Below the pieces are notes generated by a model. The model searched no databases and was not told the origin of the DNA. It saw only the letters and a program-made list of their open reading frames with translations. Made by a program: the position numbers and the translations under genes. Source: a virus (Duplodnaviria > Caudoviricetes). Taken from it: a DNA stretch of 51,736 nt. The DNA lies in the IMG/VR virus record IMGVR_UViG_3300025864_000003, positions 1 through 51,736 of that record; one strand, 5' to 3'. Of this stretch, positions 1 through 9,744 are shown in pieces (within the stretch, counting starts at the first letter, position 1; each line of letters opens with the position of its first letter).

Positions 1-127
1 TCTTCCATGTTCTGTAGGTCAACTTGGGTAGCAAACCAGTTCATTTTTGCTGTTTCAAGCGTGCCTATGATGATATCGTTTCTATCCAGAGTGGTGAGTA
101 CTGTCTGATCGTCATCTACCATGTTCA
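1..127. repeat. 127-bp direct terminal repeat (copy 1); circular-assembly overlap
   Basis: Bases 1-127 are identical to 51610-51736, and an ORF reads through the junction. Confidence 0.97.
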
Positions 128-365
128 CTATCACCAGGATGTCTACCACGTCCTTGTTCGCTACCATATCCAGCACGCAGCTTAGGATGTCGTTCATCTC
201 TTCTCCTGAGTCAAGTCCCGAGCCCTCGTCTGGTCTGGGCAGAATTGCCACGCTAGAGTCTTCTCCTTCTGGGTCGTTGACAGCAAGCACGTCCCCAGAC
301 AACTCCCAGTCTGTACTCTCTTCCAGCTCGCGCAGCTGACGCAGCGTGTCGTCACCGTCATTCAT
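1..365 (-). CDS. Acidic hypothetical protein (128 aa) spanning the contig junction (365->1, continuing 51609->51588)
   Basis: ATG at 365 after GGGAGAGG; MNDGDDTLRQ...NMEDVEGGEV*; its stop overlaps the holin ATG (ATGA). Absent from the ORF track because the junction splits it. Confidence 0.8.
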   Translation of the reverse strand, partial: MNDGDDTLRQLRELEESTDWELSGDVLAVNDPEGEDSSVAILPRPDEGSGLDSGEEMNDILSCVLDMVANKDVVDILVIVNMVDDDQTVLTTLDRNDIIIGTLETAKMNWFATQVDLQNME

Positions 366-421
366 ATCCTCTCCCTGTTGACCTGTTCTTATTCTATCAC
401 TAATTGCGGACCTGGCAACCC

Positions 422-826
422 TCAGCGGGCGAGCAGAATGATGGTCGGGACGGCAGCGAAGATGGCCATAAGAATCGCAAGACCCCACGCAGAGGTTGAG
501 CTGGCGCCCTTTTTCTCACCGCCGTGTGTGTCAAGGCGCGAAGCGAGAAGGCCGATCTTCTCGACCATCACCTGATGAGCGATGTCGTACTCCCCACGGG
601 AAATCTTTGTGGCGCTCAAATCACTCAGCGCAGACCGCCACTCGTTCTGCTGGTGAGAACGTTCGGAGGCGAGCTTGTCCTGGTTCTCTGAGCGCTCGGC
701 CGCAAGGCGTTCTGCCTTGTCAACCGCTTTCGTCGCTGCCGACATGGCGATCCCCGTAGCTTCACCTTCTGCTGCGAAGAGGGTCTCAATATGCTCCTTC
801 AGTGTGTCAACGGTCCACTCGCTCAT
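422..826 (-). CDS. Coiled-coil protein with C-terminal TM helix (lysis-cassette membrane protein)
   Basis: Helical N-terminus, hydrophobic C-terminus WGLAILMAIFAAVPTIILLAR; lies between tail genes and holin. Confidence 0.65.
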   Translation of the reverse strand: MSEWTVDTLKEHIETLFAAEGEATGIAMSAATKAVDKAERLAAERSENQDKLASERSHQQNEWRSALSDLSATKISRGEYDIAHQVMVEKIGLLASRLDTHGGEKKGASSTSAWGLAILMAIFAAVPTIILLAR

Positions 827-835
827 CGTTTCCCT

Positions 836-2806
836 TCATTCTACTTCACGAACTGTTATCTTGACTAGGCCCGAGGGGCCTTCCTTCAGTGATCTAGCAG
901 CTTGCTTGAACTCTATCCCATCCATGATGCCAGTATACACCCCGTTGTATCTATCCTCAAAGGTGGACCGGGTGTCAGCGGCTTGGAACAGAGCGGCAAT
1001 AGCCTCCTCTGGATTTTCACGCCAGCTTCCATTACCCGCTCCCGTCCGACAGTCGAGGTTGTATGTGTGCTTGGGGGTCTTTACGAAGTCCCAGATGACG
1101 ACAGTACCCCTCGTCACGGGGGAGACGGAGTGAGTGTAGTCGGGGGTCATTCCCATAGTCGTCTGGATGGAGTAGCCCTGCTGGTTTATGGGGAAGCGTG
1201 TTTCATGCGGACTGAAGGCAACCCCATCCGCCGTGCCGTACTCGCCATCTATCAGCCAGCTCAGTGGCCTGATGGTGGCACCGTCAGGCAATAGGTCATG
1301 CGACACCGAGGCATACCTGTAGTCCTTCTTCATCGTGCCGGTGTGGAATGTGGTGGGTGACTGCGTAAGCCAACCGACGTTGTTGCAACCGCCGGCGGTG
1401 AGTGCCCATCCGACGCTGTGGTTGTAGAGAAGTAAACCCGCCGTTCCGGCAGTAGTCACGTTGACGGGGATAGAGAAGTGAGTATCATCTATTCTCGTTG
1501 CTACATAGGAGCCGTTGATGGTCGGGTTGGAGTTGCTCCCCGTGATGACCACGACCTGAGCTGTAGCCGCCAGTATGCCGTGAGCTGCTGATGTGGTGAC
1601 AATGGTGGGGTTGGCCAGAGTGTTCCCCGTAATGGTGAGAATCTTAGCGTCCTCACCCCTGGAGTAGGGGGCAAACAATTTGCCTCCGCGATAAGCGATA
1701 GACGGACGGAAGATGGACGTAGATAGTGACGGGGAAGTCGAAACAGCATTGGCGGTCTTATAGCGTATGACAACAACGCCCCTGCCGCCTGCGCCGCCCC
1801 AGCCGCCTTCACCTGCACCACCACCACCACCACCAGTGTTGATGATGCCAAAACCGCCCCAACCTCCACCCGATATCCCCCCGCCTCCACCGTATCCTGC
1901 CCCACCGGGGGTACCCGTGGAATACATGCCGCCACCGCCACCACCCGCGTAACCCGTCGACTGACCCGAGATACTGCTAACCAGTCCCGTCCCGCCATTA
2001 CCGGCTTTCTGTGCCTCCGTGCTGGCGACGGCCTCCCAGGGTGAAAATCCATATCCGTTTACGTTGCCAGCGTAGGCCCTGATATAGTAGCTGGTGCTCG
2101 GGAACAGTCTCTCCATGATGAGGCTGAACGCTCCCACCGCGCCGCCAGCCACCCCGACAGTTCCCTGCTGGGATGCCGGCCATTGGTGTACACAAAAGCC
2201 GTGGTCCTGGATAGCCCTGCCGCCGTCAGAGACTATGGTGCCATTGCACCTCAGGCGGGTGGACCAAGCGTAGTCGCAGGCTTGGGTGGATAGTATGGGA
2301 ACCGTTGTCTGATCCGGAGCCTCCGGGGGGGGCGGCGGGGCAGGTGGGGCGACGTATGCGGGCTCATACGTTATGCTGCACGTTATCTGGTCGATATTGA
2401 CGTTGACCGCCGCTCCGGTAGTTCTGCCGATGTACACCATCGAGGACCACGCCGGCTGGTTGACCATTGCGGGGGTGACGCCCGCCAGGGGCATGCCGCC
2501 AGTCATCCAGCGCCCAGACACGGCCCCCGTATCGTAGGCCACCCTGACGCCATTTTGTTCGAGCCATACATAGCTACCGGCGTGACTTCCCCACCAAAAA
2601 GCAGCTGTACTAATATTTGTAATGGTGGCATCGGCCGGTATGGAGAAGCCGTAGCCTGAAGCATACCCCCACTTCTCTGAATCGTTTGCCTGAAGCCTCA
2701 ATATGGCAAGATAAGAGTCCCAATACTGAAGGAAGCTGGCATTGAAGTTGGTCCACCTCTCCGAGCATGTAGTCGCGGTGGCTGTTCTGGTTACCGTTAC
2801 TGACAT
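836..2806 (-). CDS. Tail protein, C-terminal part: beta-sandwich, Pro linker, FN3-like domain, second half of a Gly-rich domain, FCCH-like insert, tail-tubular-like C-terminus
   Basis: YYIRAYAGNVNGYGFS (FN3-like); SSISGQSTGYAGGGGGG...GVVVIRY; TLANPTIVTTSAAHG. Start ATG overlaps the upstream stop (TAATG). Confidence 0.75.
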   Translation of the reverse strand: MSVTVTRTATATTCSERWTNFNASFLQYWDSYLAILRLQANDSEKWGYASGYGFSIPADATITNISTAAFWWGSHAGSYVWLEQNGVRVAYDTGAVSGRWMTGGMPLAGVTPAMVNQPAWSSMVYIGRTTGAAVNVNIDQITCSITYEPAYVAPPAPPPPPEAPDQTTVPILSTQACDYAWSTRLRCNGTIVSDGGRAIQDHGFCVHQWPASQQGTVGVAGGAVGAFSLIMERLFPSTSYYIRAYAGNVNGYGFSPWEAVASTEAQKAGNGGTGLVSSISGQSTGYAGGGGGGMYSTGTPGGAGYGGGGGISGGGWGGFGIINTGGGGGGAGEGGWGGAGGRGVVVIRYKTANAVSTSPSLSTSIFRPSIAYRGGKLFAPYSRGEDAKILTITGNTLANPTIVTTSAAHGILAATAQVVVITGSNSNPTINGSYVATRIDDTHFSIPVNVTTAGTAGLLLYNHSVGWALTAGGCNNVGWLTQSPTTFHTGTMKKDYRYASVSHDLLPDGATIRPLSWLIDGEYGTADGVAFSPHETRFPINQQGYSIQTTMGMTPDYTHSVSPVTRGTVVIWDFVKTPKHTYNLDCRTGAGNGSWRENPEEAIAALFQAADTRSTFEDRYNGVYTGIMDGIEFKQAARSLKEGPSGLVKITVREVE

Positions 2807-4662
2807 TAGGTTGACCACCCTCTTTCTCCGGGTGCACCCTTGCCGCCGCCGCCGCCCGCAGGATACGGGGCGATTGTGCTGCCCGAACTACCTCCGCCGA
2901 AGCCATGACCATCGGTACCAGCGCCGCCAGCCGTAACACTGTTGCCATTTACGCCACCACCACCACCGGAACCACCGGCCTGACCAGCTGTTTCGAACTT
3001 ACCCCCGCCACCGCCGCCCTTGGCGGTCTTTGAACCGAAGATGGAGTCTCCTCCGAGCCCACCATTTGTTGCGCCCGCTCCGCCCACAATTCCCTGCCCG
3101 CCGCCCGCGCCAACAGTTACGGCCATACTTCCACTAAGTGTCTCTAGTCCCGCCAGGACACCGCCGCCGCCGCCGCCGCCCGAGGAGCCGCCACCGCCGC
3201 CCGCAACCACAAGAACCTCTGCGGCTATGGGAGAGAGCAGGTTGCCGTACTTATCGACACGCGGAGGACACACCAGTACTCCCGTGTCTATAAAGGTGTG
3301 GATCGTGTACTCTCCAACGTGTGTGATGATGCCCCCGGTGGGGAGTACGTCGTGAGATGTTTCGGTAAGAATGCGCGTATCAGACCCCGCGCCGGGGAAG
3401 TCCAGGAGCCCTGAGTCCCCGCGTCCGCCGAAGACGAAGGAATGTCCGCCATCATCCATGTCCCAGCGCCAGCAAGCTCTCTCGGTAAGGAAATACTCAT
3501 CCTTGACGCCGATGCACGCCGCCCTGATTCTGTTGTCATTGTCAATAGATGCGGGAACTTCTGTCTTCTCTGGCTCGTCCCCTATCTCGAAGAGGAGGGC
3601 CGACACTCCACCCGCAAGCCGATAGACGGCACCCTTGCCCACACCGGGGACATGACTTTCAAAGTATCCGCCAACGTCAACGTTTCCGAGGTAGCCCACG
3701 GCACAGGTTGCTATGTAGCCAGCCGGGAACTCGGCGGCCTGTTCCGTAACCATGGCCGAAGTTGCTGGTTCATAGGTCAGTTTGTAGACATATGATCTAC
3801 CATTTTGCGCCACCACCCAATACACTGCATTGCCCGCCGACACCAGGGCCTTGGACTCGTTTGTACCATTGAGGAACGCGGGAACCTTCTGCGTGTATAC
3901 TCCGGTAGTAGAGTCAACAAGCCCTGCCCCGAGGGCTGTCGCCGCGAAGAGGAAGCCCCCGTTGTAGGCCATGTGCTCGATGGGGGAGATGGTGCGAAGG
4001 TCCGTGGGGGTGGTCGCCCCGAACTTCTCAAAGGTTCCGACAGCCGCGCCCTTGTTGGACCAGATGCCCGTTGAGTCACCTCCGGAAACACAGAAGTAGA
4101 GGCTTGTACCGTCAGTAGTGAATCCACCTATCGTGTTATTTATCGCGGTGCCGCCAATGGTCGCGTCATTCCACGTTACGCCATCGTCGTTTGTATACTT
4201 CAGCGTGCCGAGCGAACCCCCCATCCAGATGTAACCACAGGCCGAGAAGACGGGACCAGCGGTGTTCGGCGCTTCGGTGCTGACTATGGGGGGGAGCAAC
4301 CTAAGACGACCACTCACGGAGACATCCATGTATGAACTTTCGAGATATCGCGAGTCCACGGAGGACTGTGCGTCAAGAGTCTTCTGGCCCTCACCCTGCA
4401 CCCAGTCCAGGTGAGCGATGGCCTTATCACCCTCCGTATCTCTTACATCGAACACGCCCCCGGACTGAGTGGGGGTGCCGCCGCTGGCGTTCATGGGGAC
4501 GTTGGGCTTGTCTTTGCCGTGGATGAGGTTGCCGAGGTTGTCGGTTGTCGTACTATCTGGGTATAGATAGTACTCCTTGGCGTCCGCACCGGTCCCCAGT
4601 CTGAGATCAGCGTCCCCCTTCATCAGCTCATGCTCCAAGGAAGTTGCTTGCCCTGTTGGCAC
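2806..4662 (-). CDS. Tail protein, N-terminal part: beta-propeller-like region plus first half of a Gly-rich domain
   Basis: Asp-box-like YTNDDGVTW; IHTF...EVLVVAGGGGG...VTVGAGG...GGDSIFG; position in the tail module. Confidence 0.75.
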   Translation of the reverse strand: MPTGQATSLEHELMKGDADLRLGTGADAKEYYLYPDSTTTDNLGNLIHGKDKPNVPMNASGGTPTQSGGVFDVRDTEGDKAIAHLDWVQGEGQKTLDAQSSVDSRYLESSYMDVSVSGRLRLLPPIVSTEAPNTAGPVFSACGYIWMGGSLGTLKYTNDDGVTWNDATIGGTAINNTIGGFTTDGTSLYFCVSGGDSTGIWSNKGAAVGTFEKFGATTPTDLRTISPIEHMAYNGGFLFAATALGAGLVDSTTGVYTQKVPAFLNGTNESKALVSAGNAVYWVVAQNGRSYVYKLTYEPATSAMVTEQAAEFPAGYIATCAVGYLGNVDVGGYFESHVPGVGKGAVYRLAGGVSALLFEIGDEPEKTEVPASIDNDNRIRAACIGVKDEYFLTERACWRWDMDDGGHSFVFGGRGDSGLLDFPGAGSDTRILTETSHDVLPTGGIITHVGEYTIHTFIDTGVLVCPPRVDKYGNLLSPIAAEVLVVAGGGGGSSGGGGGGGVLAGLETLSGSMAVTVGAGGGQGIVGGAGATNGGLGGDSIFGSKTAKGGGGGGKFETAGQAGGSGGGGGVNGNSVTAGGAGTDGHGFGGGSSGSTIAPYPAGGGGGKGAPGERGWST

Positions 4663-5417
4663 TGTGCCTGATACTGGAGGAAGAAGCTATTGGATGCGTC
4701 ATTCATCTGTCGCGGAGAGAGGTTTCCCTGACCAACGGTGGCTAGGGCGGTGTCTGCGCGCATGCGCGCGGCCTGCTTCTGATTCAGAAGGGAATAGGTA
4801 GCGTAACTGATGATGGGTGCATTGGCCCTGTCTGTCACATTCAGAGTACCACCCACCAGCGCGGGTCGACATACAATGTTGGCCCTGAGGGTTCCGCTGG
4901 GAGCGCCACCATACCACCGCAACACCAAGTCATCCCCACTTCTGTATGTAGTGTACTTACTTCTCTTTATCTTGGCGACCGTGGTCCCCGTGGTTGCAAC
5001 CATCGTAACCACTTCCGCCCCGACCGTAGTAAAGGTATACTCCGGGGCATTACTCATCACCTCGGTGGTGGGGTTGTAGAAATAGGGGAAGACGCTGTTG
5101 ATACCGGCGTTGATAGCCTGCGTTACCAGGGTCTCGCTCCAGTAGACGTGATCGAAGTCAAACGTCACGGCAGCTTCCGGGGAGGGCGGGTCTTCAAAGT
5201 CGAACACTCCCGAGGAGAAGTCCATAACGCCCGTGAAGTCTCGTACCTCATCGACATAGCAGGCGAAGTTATCGTTGTCAAGAACGGTGCGGGCCTGAGG
5301 TGCAACAAGGAACACGGTAGATATGCCGTCGCCAACGGCACCGGACGACCCCCGCTCGATGGTGTTCTCAAGTTCATCATTTACCAGCATAAGTAGGTCT
5401 GTCAATGTCACCAACAT
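4623..5417 (-). CDS. Putative head-tail adaptor / tail tubular A-like protein
   Basis: N-terminal TLTDLL..VNDEL, internal QAINAGIN, helical C-terminus; directly upstream of the nozzle-like gene; SD GAGGAGG. Confidence 0.55.
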   Translation of the reverse strand: MLVTLTDLLMLVNDELENTIERGSSGAVGDGISTVFLVAPQARTVLDNDNFACYVDEVRDFTGVMDFSSGVFDFEDPPSPEAAVTFDFDHVYWSETLVTQAINAGINSVFPYFYNPTTEVMSNAPEYTFTTVGAEVVTMVATTGTTVAKIKRSKYTTYRSGDDLVLRWYGGAPSGTLRANIVCRPALVGGTLNVTDRANAPIISYATYSLLNQKQAARMRADTALATVGQGNLSPRQMNDASNSFFLQYQAQCQQGKQLPWSMS

Positions 5418-5442
5418 GCGATAGCACCTCCTCGTCCCATCT

Positions 5443-6828
5443 TTATAATGTTACACCAGTAGGTATAGGTTCTTTTCCGTAAGTAAGTCTAAAGCCTCGC
5501 CCTCGCCGGGTGTAGAAGTCGACCACTTCCCCGTAGCTGATCCCGTCCGCATTCACGGCATAGGCGCGTACATGATAGACCTGACCCTGGATGAGGCCCT
5601 CTATCTGGTCTACGAATGGTACCAGGGAGCCAAAGGCAACGACGAGGAACCCTCCCGAGGCCGTCTGCGCATTGGTGGTCGTGGCGGGGCGACCCATGAT
5701 ACGATATCCATTGGTGACAGAACTCAGCTTCCCGCTGCGGTAGTGAGCCTTGCTCCCCGAATTCCAGATGTGCGTGTCAAGGTCAACAGCCCCGATTGTT
5801 CCGCTGTCATTAGTCGAGAACGTAGAGATGCGGGCCGCTGCCGTAGTAGCATCGAGACAGAGTCCCGAGATGTCAAAGTAGAAGGCCGGGGTCGAATAGG
5901 AACTGGTCTCGCACTTGGCTCGCGACCATTGAGCGACTGTCTGCCCCGTGGTGTTGTCCTGAAGCACACCGCAGCGCAGCCACGCCTCGCCCTGAGACAG
6001 CGGATTGAGCGTCACGTATAGAGCCGCGCGATAGCACATTCCGTAGTAGGAGCCCTGAGAGGAACGAACGCGCAGGGCCATGACATCGCCATCCGACCAG
6101 TTGGTGGCGTTGTTCGCGAAAGATTTCTCAGCGATCTGGACAGTCAGCCCGGGACTGGCCTGCACCACCTCGCTCGCCGCCACCTCAGTACCATCGGTCT
6201 CATTGTAGAGCTGCACCTTGCCGTAGCGGGTGGCGTTGTCGGAGCTAAGAACCGCCTCAAGTGTCCAAGGAGTATCACCAAAGAGAGCGGCGAAGTCGCT
6301 TGACTGCTTTGTGAACCAGGAGCAACGCTTGTCCTCGGCGGTGTAGTCGCCGCTGTTGTGGCGAATGGCGAAGGTATTGGTGATTGCAGTGGCGGAGAAG
6401 TTGTCCGTAAGCAAAGGAATCTGCAAGCGCGTTTTGGTGGCGACCTTCTGCACGATGACGATGCGGCAGGTGGCGACAGTGACTTCTGAGTTGACGCTTG
6501 TCTGTGGCAGAGACAAGGCATAGACGTGCTTTCCCCAAGTGGGAATGAATGGGGCAGAGCGCAGGCGGGTTGAAACGGTCGTGCTTGCGACGGGCGTCAG
6601 CGTTGCCAGGACCGCATCGCCGTCGCTGTGGTCAACGAGAGCGATGCCATCGGCATAATTGGACGTAAGGGTGTTCTTGTATACTACCTCAAGATAGTAG
6701 GATGCGCCATCGAACCACGAGGGATCAAGGTAGATGTAGCTGCTGGCAATAGCCGTGCGTGGTGCAGCCGCAAGACTGCCTTGTGCCTTGTCGAGCATCT
6801 CGTAGTTGTGAACAAGATTTGCGGACAT
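5443..6828 (-). CDS. Virion/tail protein ending in the C-terminal half of an FN3-like domain
   Basis: Beta-rich, S/T-rich; C-terminal GLIQGQVYHVRAYAVNADGISYGEVVDFYT. Confidence 0.7.
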   Translation of the reverse strand: MSANLVHNYEMLDKAQGSLAAAPRTAIASSYIYLDPSWFDGASYYLEVVYKNTLTSNYADGIALVDHSDGDAVLATLTPVASTTVSTRLRSAPFIPTWGKHVYALSLPQTSVNSEVTVATCRIVIVQKVATKTRLQIPLLTDNFSATAITNTFAIRHNSGDYTAEDKRCSWFTKQSSDFAALFGDTPWTLEAVLSSDNATRYGKVQLYNETDGTEVAASEVVQASPGLTVQIAEKSFANNATNWSDGDVMALRVRSSQGSYYGMCYRAALYVTLNPLSQGEAWLRCGVLQDNTTGQTVAQWSRAKCETSSYSTPAFYFDISGLCLDATTAAARISTFSTNDSGTIGAVDLDTHIWNSGSKAHYRSGKLSSVTNGYRIMGRPATTTNAQTASGGFLVVAFGSLVPFVDQIEGLIQGQVYHVRAYAVNADGISYGEVVDFYTRRGRGFRLTYGKEPIPTGVTL

Positions 6829-6837
6829 GCGATCTTC

Positions 6838-8028
6838 CTAGACTAGTGTTGGTAGAGTAAAGCCACTGTAGCCGCCCTCAATGGAGGGGTTTTGGGAGGC
6901 GAAGCCGTGTAGCGTTGACCCGCCGAAGTGAAGGTTGGCGCAGTCAATGAAGTAGCCCCACCCATAGTTTTGGTTCTGCCATGGGACTGGACCAATCAGC
7001 GTGTCGGAGACGGTGACGCCACCCGTAACGTTGCCGCACATCCAGAGCTTGCCACCGCCGCTAAGGTTCGGGTAACTGAGCCCGGCGATAACCCGCGTCA
7101 TGTCAATCGTGTTGCCAGAGAAGACCCAATCCATGTTGGGCGCATGAGCGTCGCCCGTGGTGGCGCGTGTGTTCAGGGTGGCGGAGGGAGCCGGTCCGAG
7201 GAAGTTTCCCGTGCAGAGGACGTGGGCCACACGGTTGAACTCCAGGGTATATGACCAAGCCCACACGGGATCGTGGCTGCGCCCCGACCCGTCACTACCC
7301 TCAACATAGTTGCCGATTACGTTGATCTTCCCGTTGCCGTAGTCCTGCGCGTTGTAAACGTGGTTGGGGTTGTCGTCATCAATGGAGATGGACTCGGCAC
7401 CGCTAACCTCGAAGTAGTTGTTCGTGAGATTGAGGTTGTAGTAGCCAGGATAGTCTCCGGTCCCGTGACCGGCGGCATAGCGCCTACCGTTGCACTCGAA
7501 TATCATGCGTTCCTGATACTCGAAGTAACAGTGATCGAAGGTGATGTCGTGCATCGCCTCGCCTAGCACTCCGCTGTCACCGATGTGGACGCCGTTGCCT
7601 CCGGTGGGGAGTGTCGAGGTGCAGAAGTAACAGTTGCGGAAAATGATGTCATGACACCCCCCAGCGTAGGCGGTTTGATGGCTGATTTCAACGACGCCGC
7701 GTTCGGCGCTGTCTACATAGTTGTTGCCGGTGAAGCGATAGCCGTCATAGACTAGGGGGTTCTCGGTGGTGCCGTGTTGGGTGGTGATGTGAAGGGTACC
7801 AACATCGGTGTATTCAGTGTTGGGGTCAGGACCTACGTTGTTCCACGGTGTGTAGATGTCCCTATTATCGGTGTGTGGGTCTGCCGTAGTCGGGTCGTGC
7901 GACTTGCTCCAACAGGTACCATAGCGCGTCAGGATACCGCCGCCCAGGTCGGTGATTGTTCCGCCACCAATAGCGTGATCGCGCGATATGCCGGTAACTT
8001 CCGTCGTGATGACGGTCGGAGCTGTCAT
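6838..8028 (-). CDS. Tail spike / receptor-binding protein with right-handed beta-helix (pectate-lyase-like)
   Basis: Repeated HDIIFRNCYF, HDITFDHCYF, NLNLTNNYF, INVIGNYV, VFSGNTI rungs; N-terminus is half an FN3-like domain; ATG 8028 follows AGGTGA. Confidence 0.75.
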   Translation of the reverse strand: MTAPTVITTEVTGISRDHAIGGGTITDLGGGILTRYGTCWSKSHDPTTADPHTDNRDIYTPWNNVGPDPNTEYTDVGTLHITTQHGTTENPLVYDGYRFTGNNYVDSAERGVVEISHQTAYAGGCHDIIFRNCYFCTSTLPTGGNGVHIGDSGVLGEAMHDITFDHCYFEYQERMIFECNGRRYAAGHGTGDYPGYYNLNLTNNYFEVSGAESISIDDDNPNHVYNAQDYGNGKINVIGNYVEGSDGSGRSHDPVWAWSYTLEFNRVAHVLCTGNFLGPAPSATLNTRATTGDAHAPNMDWVFSGNTIDMTRVIAGLSYPNLSGGGKLWMCGNVTGGVTVSDTLIGPVPWQNQNYGWGYFIDCANLHFGGSTLHGFASQNPSIEGGYSGFTLPTLV

Positions 8029-8035
8029 CGCATCA

Positions 8036-8551
8036 TCACCTGAACCTATAGCAGACGGAGTGCCCATTCCACATGCGTCGATAGAACCGGACCTTCTCCA
8101 TCATCTCCAGCTCGCCGACGCCCACGGTGGTGCCGTTGCTGGCCGTGACGTCGATGCGGTAGTAGGCATACGCCGTCGTATTCGCGATGTCGAAGACCTT
8201 GCGCACGTTTGGCGAAGTGGCCCAGTCGGTGATGTTCGTCTGAGTGTCTAGCGTGTCCCACGTCAAGCCGTCGTTACTGCCCTGGAACGTCCATGTTTTC
8301 GGAGGGAGGACGTAGGTGGTGGAGTTGCGCGACGTGACCGCATACCGCCTGATGAGGTGCGCTATCGGGAACTGGTACTGGAGCCAGCCGGTCGCACTGG
8401 GGGCGACCCACGCCGCGCCCCCGCCGACAGAGTTGGTGTGGTCGAACGCCCTCCATTCGACGTATGAGCTGGAGTTTCCGCTTGACGACGCCACGCCGCT
8501 AGGGGCCGTGGCGGAGGTCATCGCGGGGATGATGTTGGCGGTGTAGGTCAA
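8036..8551 (-). CDS. Discoidin / F5-8 type C (galactose-binding-like) domain virion protein
   Basis: WRAFD...WLQYQF...PKTWTFQGSNDGLTWDTLD...AYAYYRIDVT...ELEM; TTG start overlaps the endolysin stop. Confidence 0.8.
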   Translation of the reverse strand: MTYTANIIPAMTSATAPSGVASSSGNSSSYVEWRAFDHTNSVGGGAAWVAPSATGWLQYQFPIAHLIRRYAVTSRNSTTYVLPPKTWTFQGSNDGLTWDTLDTQTNITDWATSPNVRKVFDIANTTAYAYYRIDVTASNGTTVGVGELEMMEKVRFYRRMWNGHSVCYRFR

Positions 8552-9279
8552 GACTTCGGCGGGATGATGCGCCCGGCACTGGTCGCTTCGTAGCCGATAG
8601 TGCGGCTCTTGATGCACACCTCGCCGCCGTTGGCCTGGCTACCAGAAGTACTGGTATTGCCACCAATGGTCGGTACCCGGCTGTTTCTCACGGGTCCGGT
8701 GGAGACTTCTACGTGGCCGCCGTGGTAGCAGATGATTATGTCTCCAGCCTGCACGTCAGACCAATCAACCTTCTTCGCCTGCCAACCATGAGCCTTACGC
8801 CCCTCGCGGAATGCCCGCGCTAGGTTCGGCACGTAAGCGGCGTTGCCGTAGAAGAGGTCGTGCATGATGTTGCGCAATTTGTTGTAGTCATCCTTTGTGT
8901 CGTCAAGAATGTCGTTGATGATGGCTGCGCGGATTTGGTCCCAAATGGCGAAGGCTGCGCACCATGCGTAGCCGCCCGGAAGGTATACGGCATGGAGAAA
9001 GATGTCGACCCACTTGCCAGTGTTGCTGTCGCCTATCTCGTGAACGCCGACCTTAGCCCTGGCGACACGGACGGCGATCTGGCCGAAGGTGAGGGGGTGG
9101 AAGTGCCTCCATAGTGCGTTCTTGTTCGTAGTTGCCTTGCCGTAGTGGCCAGAGACACGCCAAGCCAGCCGGCGGGCACCGAGGCCCCACACCGCAGTCC
9201 CATAGTTTATCTTGGGGACTTCAAGCTTGTTCTTCTCGGCGTCGGCACGCATATCCTTCTTCAGCTGGATAATATTCAA
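8548..9279 (-). CDS. Endolysin, CHAP-domain amidase/peptidase
   Basis: GVHE..SN, AWCAAF (catalytic Cys), AGDII, GHVE (His), TIGGNT; SD GGAGG before TTG. Confidence 0.85.
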   Translation of the reverse strand: MNIIQLKKDMRADAEKNKLEVPKINYGTAVWGLGARRLAWRVSGHYGKATTNKNALWRHFHPLTFGQIAVRVARAKVGVHEIGDSNTGKWVDIFLHAVYLPGGYAWCAAFAIWDQIRAAIINDILDDTKDDYNKLRNIMHDLFYGNAAYVPNLARAFREGRKAHGWQAKKVDWSDVQAGDIIICYHGGHVEVSTGPVRNSRVPTIGGNTSTSGSQANGGEVCIKSRTIGYEATSAGRIIPPKS

Positions 9280-9305
9280 AGTTCATCCTCCCGGAGAGAT
9301 GGGTA

Positions 9306-9334
9306 TGGGAGGGACCTTTGACTGGTCCCTCCCA
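9306..9334 (-). terminator. GC-rich hairpin after the capsid genes (terminator or attenuator)
   Basis: TGGGAGGGACC / GGTCCCTCCCA 11-bp stem; no clear U-tract. Confidence 0.55.
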
Positions 9335-9347
9335 GTGAGGTTAGATT

Positions 9348-9734
9348 TTAGTAACCGATTGCGAACCCGGTCACAACGTAACCCGTAATAGCCACGGTAT
9401 CGTCGGCAGTCATAATGCCAGTTGCGGCATAACTGTAGATTTTGCCCGTAGCTGGGGCTCCCTTAGCAGCCGGAACGTATACCGACAGAAAACCAAGGTC
9501 GGCGGACGCGCGAGCTGGGTCGTGAAGTGGGCTGACAACGGCCATGAGAACCTTGTTCGGGAACAGGGCCGACAGGTCCAATGTCAGACCGGCGATGGGA
9601 AAGTTGCCCGTACCAGCGGTGGCGGTGAATGCCTTTATGGAGGCACCGGGCTTACCGGCACCCCCACCACAAGCCGCAACCACCTTTGCGCTGATGCCAG
9701 CAACTGCCGCAGTTGTAAGCGTAGTGTTAGCCAT
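9348..9734 (-). CDS. Putative capsid decoration / minor head protein
   Basis: Small A/G/T-rich protein immediately downstream of the major capsid gene; SD GAGGAG. Confidence 0.55.
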   Translation of the reverse strand: MANTTLTTAAVAGISAKVVAACGGGAGKPGASIKAFTATAGTGNFPIAGLTLDLSALFPNKVLMAVVSPLHDPARASADLGFLSVYVPAAKGAPATGKIYSYAATGIMTADDTVAITGYVVTGFAIGY

Positions 9735-9744
9735 TAGTTACTCC

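Noticed and set aside
572-605. CTGATGA...GAAA hammerhead-like core
   Set aside because: Stems do not close and it lies antisense within a coding gene.
1767-3355. Poly-proline plus-strand ORFs
   Set aside because: Antisense shadows of the Gly-rich minus-strand tail genes.
836-8551. Diversity-generating retroelement or invertible tail locus
   Set aside because: No reverse transcriptase or recombinase gene, and no template/variable repeat pair noticed.
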